Below are positions 19,996-28,672 of a stretch of 64,000 nt of DNA, piece by piece. The notes under the pieces were generated by a model. It worked only from the letters and a program-made list of their open reading frames with translations. It was not told the origin of the DNA and made no database searches. Numbering within the stretch: the stretch's first letter is position 1; every line of letters starts with the position of its first letter. Source of the DNA: Thermodesulfobacteriota bacterium (GTDB taxonomy: Bacteria; Desulfobacterota; Desulfarculia; JACQYL01). Location of the stretch: contig CAXXLZ010000001.1 in NCBI GenBank assembly GCA_963675595.2, positions 1,600,001 through 1,664,000 on the forward strand, given 5' to 3'. A program made the position numbers and the translations under genes.

Positions 19996-21153
19996 TTACC
20001 TGAATCTTCGGAAAAAGGTCCGTATGTCCCTCACCAACTCCTCGGGCTCTTCCAGGGCGGCAAAGTGCCCTCCCGAGGCCATGGCGGTCCACTGTTGAAG
20101 ATTGTACATTCTGGCGGCCCATTCCCGAGGGGGCCGAAGAATTTCCCCCGGGAAAGCGGCAATGGCCGTGGGGACCTCGATCCGATCCCCTTGAGCCAGC
20201 CGATAGGGGTGATGCCGCAGTTGGTAGTAGAGCCAAAAGGAATTGTTGACCGCGCCGGACACCCAATAGATCATGATATTCGTCAGGAGCTCATCTTTCG
20301 AGATGCTGTTCTCGAGGTCTCCTCTGCAGTCGGACCACGAGTAAAACTTTTCCGTGATCCACGCCGCCAAGCCGGCCGGGGAATCCGTCAGCGCATAGGC
20401 CGCGGTTTGGGGTTTCGTGCCCTGGATCCACTGGTATCCGGATTCTTCATTCAGAAACTCACCCGCTTGTTTCAAGAAGGCCTGTTCCGCTTCGGACGGA
20501 TTCTGCCGGTCCTTTGGATGAGGTGCCAGGGGCACCATGTTCAGATGGATCCCCGCCACATTCCGGGAGTGGGCCTGTCCCAACCGAGTGGTCACGAAAG
20601 AGCCCCAATCGCCTCCCTGTGCGAAAAACCGGTCATAGCCCAAGACTCGGCTCATGAGGCCCGCGAGCACTTCCGCCATCTCCTCGATATTGAGACGACG
20701 CTGATTGGGTGAATGGGAAAAGCCATATCCCGGCAAAGACGGTACCACTACTGTAAACGCGTCTCCAGGGTCGCCGCCGTGAGATTCCGGATCGGTCAAC
20801 GGACCGATGATCTTGTGAAACTCGTAAAAGGAACCCGGCCACCCGTGAAGCATCAGGAGCGGCAACGGATCGGGGCCGTTACCGGGCTGGTGGATAAAAT
20901 GGAGCCGTGTGTCTCCGTAAACAACGCGGTATTGAGAAAAGGCGTTCAAGGCGGATTCTTGAATCCGCCAATCGTAACCATTAAGCCAATAGTCCACGAG
21001 CCCTTTCATGTATTCCAGGTTGGTTCCGAACTTCCACCCCGAGTCCGGCGCCTCATCCGGCCAACGAGTTGCGCTGAGCCGCCGCCGCAAGTCTTCCAGG
21101 ACCTCGTCGGAAACGGACAAACCAAAGGGCTCGATCTTCCAAGTGTTCTGCAT
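19996..21153 (-). CDS. Epoxide hydrolase (EHN domain + alpha/beta hydrolase)
   Basis: L..RL..TRWP, YDWR..E..LN, LHGWPGSF.EF, QGGDWG, GGHFAALEEP. Confidence 0.92.
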   Translation of the reverse strand: MQNTWKIEPFGLSVSDEVLEDLRRRLSATRWPDEAPDSGWKFGTNLEYMKGLVDYWLNGYDWRIQESALNAFSQYRVVYGDTRLHFIHQPGNGPDPLPLLMLHGWPGSFYEFHKIIGPLTDPESHGGDPGDAFTVVVPSLPGYGFSHSPNQRRLNIEEMAEVLAGLMSRVLGYDRFFAQGGDWGSFVTTRLGQAHSRNVAGIHLNMVPLAPHPKDRQNPSEAEQAFLKQAGEFLNEESGYQWIQGTKPQTAAYALTDSPAGLAAWITEKFYSWSDCRGDLENSISKDELLTNIMIYWVSGAVNNSFWLYYQLRHHPYRLAQGDRIEVPTAIAAFPGEILRPPREWAARMYNLQQWTAMASGGHFAALEEPEELVRDIRTFFRRFR

Positions 21154-21608
21154 ATCAACACTCCCGTATCATTTCGCACGCCGTGATTCGGCGCTTCATC
21201 GATGGAACACCACCCGGGTGCTTTCTCGCCGGACCGTCGGGCACGGATACACGGACACGCACCGGGATGAAAGCCGGAACAAAAACAACCAAAAATGATT
21301 CGTCATATTATCCGATACAGGTGGAATGGGTCAAAGGAGACTCGTGTGTCGGGCTCTCGTCGTTCGGGGTGCCCGTGGGGCGGTTCAGGCGGCGGGGTGC
21401 GCGATCGGTCGGAGAAATTCACGGATCATTCATCGAAATCAGGAAAATCGAGGAATCTGCATAAGATGAGCTTGGTGGGTCTTGACGGCGGCCGGGTTCC
21501 CTCAGTCTTAGGGACCCGGCGCCGAACCTGCGGACGAGATCGAATCGACGCTTATCTTCATGATGAAAAAGGCGTCGCAACCCGATCCCGAATTCTGCGT
21601 GGATTGAA

Positions 21609-22673
21609 TCAGCCGAACGTGATGAGGGGTTTGATCATGTTGTCTTCCTTGGTATCCATCATCCAGAAGGCTTTTTCAATGTCGTCGAATTTGAATCTGT
21701 GGCTGGTGAGCTTGGTGGGGTCTACGCGCCCCGTTTGGATCAGCCTCAGCAATCGGGTCATACGCTCGTTGCCGCCCGGACACAGCAGCGTACGGATGGT
21801 AATTTCCGCCATGCCCACGCCCCAATCCACGCGCGGAATGCCGATATATTCGCCCTCGCCGTGGTATCCGATATTGGAAACCGTTCCGCCCGGACGTGTC
21901 ACCTTGACACAGCTTTCAAAGGGACCCGCGGCGCCCACGGCTTCCATGGCCGAATCCACACCCTCGCCGTTGGTGAGCTTCATGATCTCTTCGATGGCGT
22001 CCACTTTCTTGAAGTCCACAACCACGTCGGCGCCATATTGCTTGGCAAGATCAAACCTTTGGGGAACGCAGTCCACTCCGATGATCAAACCGGCGCCCAG
22101 GAGCTTCGCTCCGGCGATGGCCATAAGCCCCACGGGCCCAAGGCCAAACACCGCTGCGGTACCGCCCAGAACGATGTCCGCGTTCTCCGCGCCTTTGAAA
22201 CCGGTGGACATCATGTCCGTGGTGTAACAAGCCGCCTCGTCCGACACGTCGTCCGGGATGGCGGTGAGGTTCGCATCCGCGTTGTTCACATGGAAGTATT
22301 CGGCCATGTTCCCGTCTTTGATATTGGCGAATTTCCAGCCGCCGAGAGGCTGCGTACACTGGGAGGGAAAACCTCTCTGGCAGTTGTGGCAGCTGAAACA
22401 GGGCGTAATGGCGTTGATGACCACGCGCTGGCCCTCTTTGAAATCCTTGACCTCGCTTCCCACTTTGGAAACGATGCCGCATGCCTCGTGGCCCAGCGTC
22501 ATGTCGGTGCGTTCTCCGATGGCCCCCTTCACGGTATGCACATCCGACGTGCAAACCAGAGCGGAAGTGGTTTTGACCACGGCGTCGTTGGGACCGGGTT
22601 CGGGAATGGGTTTTTCCATGACTCCGACTTCCCCTATCTTCTTCATGATAAACGCCTTCATCTTACCCGCCAT
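21609..22673 (-). CDS. adh: Zn-dependent (secondary) alcohol dehydrogenase, MDR family
   Basis: CTSDVH, LGHE, DMMSTG, GLGPVG, CPGG..RM..L; ATG at 22673 after AGGAGG. Confidence 0.9.
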   Translation of the reverse strand: MAGKMKAFIMKKIGEVGVMEKPIPEPGPNDAVVKTTSALVCTSDVHTVKGAIGERTDMTLGHEACGIVSKVGSEVKDFKEGQRVVINAITPCFSCHNCQRGFPSQCTQPLGGWKFANIKDGNMAEYFHVNNADANLTAIPDDVSDEAACYTTDMMSTGFKGAENADIVLGGTAAVFGLGPVGLMAIAGAKLLGAGLIIGVDCVPQRFDLAKQYGADVVVDFKKVDAIEEIMKLTNGEGVDSAMEAVGAAGPFESCVKVTRPGGTVSNIGYHGEGEYIGIPRVDWGVGMAEITIRTLLCPGGNERMTRLLRLIQTGRVDPTKLTSHRFKFDDIEKAFWMMDTKEDNMIKPLITFG

Positions 22674-22920
22674 TCCTAGCCTCCTTCTGAAGTGTGTTGA
22701 GGAGCACCTACGCAGGCCACCACGGCCCGAAAATTCGAATTCCAACTTACCATGGTAGCTCGGTCGTGCCCATCCGGGCTAGTGCTCATTTTGATCGGCG
22801 GAAGTTCTCCCGGTGCGTGGGACATGTTCCCATGCCGGACTGTGGGAATGACCTTGCCCGGATCGGCGCGTAAGGAAAGGACTGGATGGAAATTACATAA
22901 ATAGGGAGTGGTGCGCGCTC

Positions 22921-23970
22921 CTAGAACAGAATCAAAGGCTTGATGATGTCGTCGCCTTTGGCCGCCATCAGTCGAAACGCCTCGTCCAGTTCGTCGAAAG
23001 AGAACCGGTGCGTGGTCATGCGGGTGGGGTCGATTCTCTTCTTCTCGATCAGCCTCAACATTCGTTTCATGCGTTCGCTGCCGCCCGGACACAACACGGT
23101 GCGAATGGTTTGGTCCTTCATGCCCATTCCCCAGGCCATCCTGGGAATCTCCACGGAATCGCCGTCACTGTGGATTCCGAGGTTCACAATGGTCCCACCC
23201 GGGCGAGTCACCCGGATACACGATTCAAAGGCCATTTGCGACCCGATGGCTTCCACGGACGCGTCCACGCCCACCCCCTTGGTGATGTCCATGATCTCTT
23301 CCTCGGGGTCCACTTCGGTGAAATTCAAGGCGATATCCGCCCCGTAGTAGCGGGATAACTCGATTCGATTGGGCCTCTTGTCCACGGTGATCACCAGTCC
23401 CGCCCCTTGAAGACGTGCGCCGGCGGTCGCCATGATCCCCACGGGACCCTGCGCGAAGATCGCCACGGTTCCGCCGATGGGAATGTGAGCCATTTCGGCT
23501 CCCATGAAGCCCGTGGACATCATGTCCGTGACGTAACAAGCTTCTTCGTCGCTCACCGAATCCGGAATGGGCGCGAGATTGGCGTCGGCTTCGTTGACGT
23601 GAAAATACTCGGCGAAGGTCCCGTCCTTCAAATTGGAGAATTTCCAGCCGCCGAGGGCTTCCCCACACTGCGAAGGATGACCTCTTTGGCATGCTTTGCA
23701 TCGAAAGCACGGAGTGATGGCGTTCACGGCCACCCGATCGCCCACCTTCACCGTGCGGACTTCCTCACCCAATTCGTGTACGGTGCCCACGGCCTCGTGA
23801 CCTATGGTCAGGTTGATCCGTTCACCGAGGGAACCGTTCACCGTGTGACAGTCCGTGGTACAGACCAAACCGGCCGTGGTCTTGATCACCGCGCCTCCCA
23901 CTCCGGGCGTGGGAACGGGCTTGTCCATGAATCCCACTTCCCGGATGCATTTCATCACAAATGCCTTCAT
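22921..23970 (-). CDS. adh: Zn-dependent (secondary) alcohol dehydrogenase, paralog
   Basis: CTTDCH, IGHE, DMMSTG, QGPVG, CPGG; aligns along whole length with downstream paralog. Confidence 0.9.
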   Translation of the reverse strand: MKAFVMKCIREVGFMDKPVPTPGVGGAVIKTTAGLVCTTDCHTVNGSLGERINLTIGHEAVGTVHELGEEVRTVKVGDRVAVNAITPCFRCKACQRGHPSQCGEALGGWKFSNLKDGTFAEYFHVNEADANLAPIPDSVSDEEACYVTDMMSTGFMGAEMAHIPIGGTVAIFAQGPVGIMATAGARLQGAGLVITVDKRPNRIELSRYYGADIALNFTEVDPEEEIMDITKGVGVDASVEAIGSQMAFESCIRVTRPGGTIVNLGIHSDGDSVEIPRMAWGMGMKDQTIRTVLCPGGSERMKRMLRLIEKKRIDPTRMTTHRFSFDELDEAFRLMAAKGDDIIKPLILF

Positions 23971-24037
23971 CGCGACTCTTCACTGGGCGAACACCGTCTT
24001 CGCCTGAAAGCCTCCATGTTTCCCGAAAGATTCGAGG

Positions 24038-24712
24038 TCATTCTTCGTTTCCGCCCAGTTCAATGATTCCCAATTTAGCGGCGTACTTAATGAGATCGAA
24101 CATGCTGTCCAGTTCAAGCTTCTCCATAATCCGCGTGCGGTGATTCTCAACGGTTTTCGGGCTGATAAACAATTTTCCCGCGATACGCCGACTTGTCAAA
24201 CCCTGGGCCACCAAGCGGAGAATTTCCTGTTCCCGAGGGGTCAGGCGATCGTATTTCTCGTCGGATATGGGCGCTTCGTCCCCCGCTTGTTCGATGATAT
24301 ATCGCGCAATCTCGTCAATAACCGAAGGATCGAAATAATAATGTCCCTCGGATACCGTGTTCAACGCCCGAAGCAGCATGTCCGGCGTCGAGTCCTTCAC
24401 GATGTATCCCACCGCTCCCGCGCGAATGGCCTTAACGATGTAGTCGATTCGGGAATACATGCTGATCATGACGACCTTCGCTTCGGATACGGCGCTCATG
24501 ATGTTATGAACGCCGTCGATTCCGTTCACGTCCGGCAACGCCACATCCATCAGCACCAAATCCGGCATCAACGTTCCGGCCTTTTCGCAGGCCTCCTCCA
24601 TTGTTCCCGCTTCGCCCGCCACCACAAAGGAAGGGTCCTGTTTCAGCAGGACCTTCAAGCCTTCTCTGAACAGGGTGTGGTCGTCCACCAGGAGTATTCT
24701 TCGCTGCTCCAT
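24038..24712 (-). CDS. NarL/FixJ family response regulator
   Basis: LLVDDH, LMD, GYIVK receiver; LTPREQEIL..ISPKTVENH LuxR HTH. Confidence 0.93.
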   Translation of the reverse strand: MEQRRILLVDDHTLFREGLKVLLKQDPSFVVAGEAGTMEEACEKAGTLMPDLVLMDVALPDVNGIDGVHNIMSAVSEAKVVMISMYSRIDYIVKAIRAGAVGYIVKDSTPDMLLRALNTVSEGHYYFDPSVIDEIARYIIEQAGDEAPISDEKYDRLTPREQEILRLVAQGLTSRRIAGKLFISPKTVENHRTRIMEKLELDSMFDLIKYAAKLGIIELGGNEE

Positions 24713-24716
24713 TCCG

Positions 24717-26219
24717 TCACTTTCTGTAATAGGGAATCTCAATGGAAATCTTCGTGCCTTCGGCGCGCCCCGAGCGGATGGCGATCTTCCCGTTGAGGAG
24801 AGCGACCCGCTCCTTCATGCTCCAGATTCCCATGCAACCGGTCTGAGTGGCGGTCTTGAGCACTGAATCCACATCGAATCCGGTGCCGTCGTCCTCGATG
24901 CGGAGGATGATGTTGGGATGGGAGTTCACCAGGCGCACTCCCGCCCTCGAAGCCTCGGCATGTTTGGCGATGTTGTTGAGTCCTTCCTGAACGAGACGAT
25001 AAATCGCCGCCTTCACGTCGAACTCGAGATTCAGTGAGTCCATCCCCGCGGTTTTGAAGTCCACTTGTAGGCCATACAATTGCGAAAGGTTTCTACAGAG
25101 ACCATGTATGGTGTTGGAGAGGCCGAGGGTGTCCAGGGAGGTGGGATGAATGTTGAACACCATCTTCCGCACATCTCCCATGATGGAATGAAGGGAATCC
25201 AGGATATGGCGGGCGGCCTCGCCCTCCCCGTCCTCCGAGATATTCACGCGGTTGAACAGAGTGGTGATCTGGATGTTGAGGGAATAGAGATTCTGTGCCA
25301 AATGGTCGTGCAGGTCCCTCGCGATGCTGCTCCGTTCGAGCTCCTGAGATCGAATGAGCTGCTGGGAAAGGATTCGGATGTGCTCTTCCGCTTTCTTCCG
25401 GACGGAGATGTCCCGCATGTAGCTGACGATGCCCGTGGTGTGGCCCTGTTCATCCTTGAGGAAAGCACTGGAAATGAGCAAGGGCACGATGGAACCGTCG
25501 CTCAAGCGAGCATCGAATTCATAGTTGGATACCGGTGCTTCCTTCAGGAGAAACTGGTAAAGATCCTTGATCCCCTCCAGGTCGTTCTTGATGATGTCGG
25601 CCACGAAACGACCCACGATGTCCGACATGGGTCGATTGAACAGTTCTTCCGCACCCCTGTTGGCGAAGTTGATTCTACCCTTGTCGTCGGTGACGATGAT
25701 GGCGTCCATGCAGCTGTTGAGCAGGCTCTCCAGATAGTTCTTCAGACTCAACGTGTCCTTCATGTCCGTGATATCGCGGACGATGCCTTCGATCACCGAA
25801 GGCGCCCCCTGTTCGTTCCGCAGGATAATCCACCGGTCGTGCATCCAGCGAATGCCGCCGTCCGAAGCGATACAGCGATATTCGGCTTCTCCTCCTTCCT
25901 TCTGTCCCGCAATGGAAGCGTCCAGTTTTTCCTGGAACTTCTTTCGATCTTCCGGGTGGATGCGCTCCATGGCCGAATCCGTGGTCACGATGTCCTTGCA
26001 GGGATGGCCGAACATCTTGATGAACGCCGGATTGGTGTAAACGTATTTCTTGATGGACAGATTGAAGTTGTAAATCCCGTCCTGCGTTCGATTGGACAGG
26101 CTGTAGAATCGCTTCTTGGCCTCCCTCCACGGGTCCACCACGTGCTTGTAGGCCTGGAATTCCATCTCGAGAGAATGGAGTCGATCCAAGAGCTGTTCGT
26201 GCGTAAGCATGTTTACCAT
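24717..26219 (-). CDS. PAS-PAS sensor histidine kinase (HisKA_3)
   Basis: Two PAS/PAC domains, ER..IARDLHD H-box, QEGLNNIAKH, DDGTGF, GT boxes; no TM segment. Confidence 0.92.
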   Translation of the reverse strand: MVNMLTHEQLLDRLHSLEMEFQAYKHVVDPWREAKKRFYSLSNRTQDGIYNFNLSIKKYVYTNPAFIKMFGHPCKDIVTTDSAMERIHPEDRKKFQEKLDASIAGQKEGGEAEYRCIASDGGIRWMHDRWIILRNEQGAPSVIEGIVRDITDMKDTLSLKNYLESLLNSCMDAIIVTDDKGRINFANRGAEELFNRPMSDIVGRFVADIIKNDLEGIKDLYQFLLKEAPVSNYEFDARLSDGSIVPLLISSAFLKDEQGHTTGIVSYMRDISVRKKAEEHIRILSQQLIRSQELERSSIARDLHDHLAQNLYSLNIQITTLFNRVNISEDGEGEAARHILDSLHSIMGDVRKMVFNIHPTSLDTLGLSNTIHGLCRNLSQLYGLQVDFKTAGMDSLNLEFDVKAAIYRLVQEGLNNIAKHAEASRAGVRLVNSHPNIILRIEDDGTGFDVDSVLKTATQTGCMGIWSMKERVALLNGKIAIRSGRAEGTKISIEIPYYRK

Positions 26220-26591
26220 TCGCGTTCTCCCCGGACTGCACGGCGCACGAATCCCCGGCGGATCGCACAAGGGGACGGCTCTCCCAACCGAACCGCAATG
26301 CACGATCCGGAAGAAAACGCCCCGTCGGTCGTCGCTTCAGGGGCCTTCCGTGCGGATTGGCGATCTAGGTCTTATACCTTGAGGAATGGGGAATGACAAA
26401 GGATATTGCGTTCGGAGGGGAATATTCAGCCCGTGGCGGTGATCGTTTGAACGCCCTCAGGGAGCCAACGCGCTGTCGGAGAGGCACCTTGGCACTCGGA
26501 AAAAATCACTGGCCATAGCCGCCCCCTCATCTCACAAAAAGGCGCCGCACTTTCGAAGCATTTCTAAGAAACCTTTAGAAGAATCAAGACG

Positions 26592-27866
26592 CTAGCCGTC
26601 CAGCAAACGGGCCAGTTCTTTTTCCAGGCCGTGCAGAGGCCAGGTTCGGCGGCCACCGGAGTGTCGGGGGCCCAGGGCCAGGGCCTCACGAATCGGGACA
26701 TCGTTGAGCATCATGGCGGTGAGTCCGCCCAGGCGGTCCAGGTCGTCCAGTCCCTGTACGCCCGCCAGACGATTCCCGGAAAACACCAGTTGCAGCTCCC
26801 CATCCCCGGACTTTCGGTGAAGGACGCGCGCTTCACCTTCGGGGAAATCCACGGCCGGCGCGCCCACGGCACCCACCGCCCGATCGAACATTTTCACGGT
26901 GGTCACGTTCAGGCTCCCGGCATAGCGCTTACGGGCCCCCGCCGCGTTGGCCCCGGCGGTTTGCCCTTGAAGCCTCGCATTGTTCCAAAGCATGTGCAGC
27001 CCGCGGGCTCCGGAGATGAGGTCCTTGGATTCGGCGCAGTCCCCACACGCCCAGACGCCCGGCAACCCCACACTCATGGTTTCGTCCGTGTCGATGCCCC
27101 CCGCGGGTCCCAAAGCAAGACCACCCGCCTTGGCCAGTTCCACACGAGGGCGCATGCCGATGACCAGCACCACCACGTCCGCCGCCAGGGTTCGCTGATC
27201 CGTGCGCACCGCCTCCACGCGCACGCCTCCCTCGATCTCTTCCACCCGTTCGCCGAGGAAAACCGAAACGCCCCTGCCTTCCAGGTGCTTTTTCACGGAC
27301 TCGGAAAGCGGCGCGTCCAACATCCGGGGAAGAATGCGGTCCATTAGTTCCACCACGGCCACGGACCAGCCCAGGCGCCGGAAGGCCACGGCCGCCTCCA
27401 TACCCACGGGACCCGCGCCCACCACCACGGCGGCTTTTCCTTGCATCCGGCGCAATCCCTCAGCATCATCGAAGCTCTTGAGGGCGAACACACCTTCCTT
27501 ATCCACCCCGGGAATGGGAGGCACAAAGGGTCGGCTTCCCGTGGCGATGATCAACCCGTCGTAGACAAGTTCCTCGCCGTCGAGCCGAAGTGCACGGTCT
27601 TCAGGAGACCAGGAAGACACTTCCCGGGAAAATCTCATTTCAATTCCGGCTCGAACATAGTCTTCCGCAGAACGCAGGAACACCGTGCTTCGAGGAATTT
27701 CACCGGCCACGTATTCCGCCAGCACGCATGCGCTGTACAGAGGGTGCGGTTCCCGGCTCAGCATGACGACGCGCGCGTCCGGATCCGTTCTTTTGGCCGC
27801 AAAGGCGGCCTGGTCTCCGGCGATGCCGTTTCCCACCACCGCGATCACGCTATTTCCCATAGACAT
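26592..27866 (-). CDS. NAD(P)/FAD-dependent oxidoreductase (NirB/AorC-like)
   Basis: GNGIAG, IATGS, GAGPVGME, WACGDC; start overlaps stop of upstream ferredoxin. Confidence 0.88.
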   Translation of the reverse strand: MSMGNSVIAVVGNGIAGDQAAFAAKRTDPDARVVMLSREPHPLYSACVLAEYVAGEIPRSTVFLRSAEDYVRAGIEMRFSREVSSWSPEDRALRLDGEELVYDGLIIATGSRPFVPPIPGVDKEGVFALKSFDDAEGLRRMQGKAAVVVGAGPVGMEAAVAFRRLGWSVAVVELMDRILPRMLDAPLSESVKKHLEGRGVSVFLGERVEEIEGGVRVEAVRTDQRTLAADVVVLVIGMRPRVELAKAGGLALGPAGGIDTDETMSVGLPGVWACGDCAESKDLISGARGLHMLWNNARLQGQTAGANAAGARKRYAGSLNVTTVKMFDRAVGAVGAPAVDFPEGEARVLHRKSGDGELQLVFSGNRLAGVQGLDDLDRLGGLTAMMLNDVPIREALALGPRHSGGRRTWPLHGLEKELARLLDG

Positions 27867-28311
27867 GCCTCGCTGTGTTCCGCTTTCGATCCATCCGCCA
27901 ATCGTCCTCGTCCATGTACAAAAGGGCCGTCTCTCCACAGTATCGGACACAAACGGGATCCCCGCCGCACTGGTCGCACCGAACGACCTTTCGTTCCACG
28001 GGATCCACGTGTAATCCCCCATTGGGGCACGCGGACACGCAACTGAAGCAGTTCACGCAGCGCTCCCGGTCCACACGGATCGCTCCCACCTCATCCCGAT
28101 GCACGGCATTTACAGGACAAACCGTAGTGCACACGGGCTCCAGACAGCTCCGACACAAGATCGGGAGATACACCCGCTCCGTTTCCCACCCGCACACACG
28201 GATCCTGGACCTGGACTTGTCCCACTCGCCCGTTTTCGCCAGAGAACAGGCGATCTCGCATAGGCCGCATCCGTTGCAGCGATCCTGATCGACCACAATG
28301 ACTTTGCTCAT
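27850..28311 (-). CDS. 4x[4Fe-4S] polyferredoxin (AorA/DmsB-like)
   Basis: CNGCGLC...C, CRSC..P.C..VCP, CVNCFSC...CP, CDQC.G.P.C...C. Confidence 0.9.
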   Translation of the reverse strand: MSKVIVVDQDRCNGCGLCEIACSLAKTGEWDKSRSRIRVCGWETERVYLPILCRSCLEPVCTTVCPVNAVHRDEVGAIRVDRERCVNCFSCVSACPNGGLHVDPVERKVVRCDQCGGDPVCVRYCGETALLYMDEDDWRMDRKRNTARHVYGK

Positions 28312-28348
28312 GAGCGGAACTCACCGGCGGTTTCGAAGATGCTTCCTT

Positions 28349-28398
28349 GAGGGAAACCTTTAAAAAGGCTTCCCCCACACCCCTTTTCCAAACCCTTC
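28349..28398 (-). repeat. REP-like palindromic repeat, copy 3
   Basis: Minus strand gaagggtttggaaaaggggtgtgggggaagcctttttaaaggtttccctc. Confidence 0.55.
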
Positions 28399-28672
28399 AT
28401 GCGGGCGCCGCCTCTCTCCGGGAGGAGGCGCACTCGGGTGAACGACGAGTTGAAAAAGTTGATAAGAACCGAAAGAAGCCCGGTACGACACGGAACCATG
28501 TCCCAACAACCCCCTCGAAGACCACGGAACCAGCCAAACAACGGCCTCGGCACCCGCCGGCCGGCAGGAGTAATACGTCTTCCGTGGGTTTGGGCTTTCA
28601 TCTTTAGACCGCCCGTTGAAAAAGGCCGGTTGCCGCAGATCGCGTTCTTCAACAGCCTGTCTAAGGGCCGGA

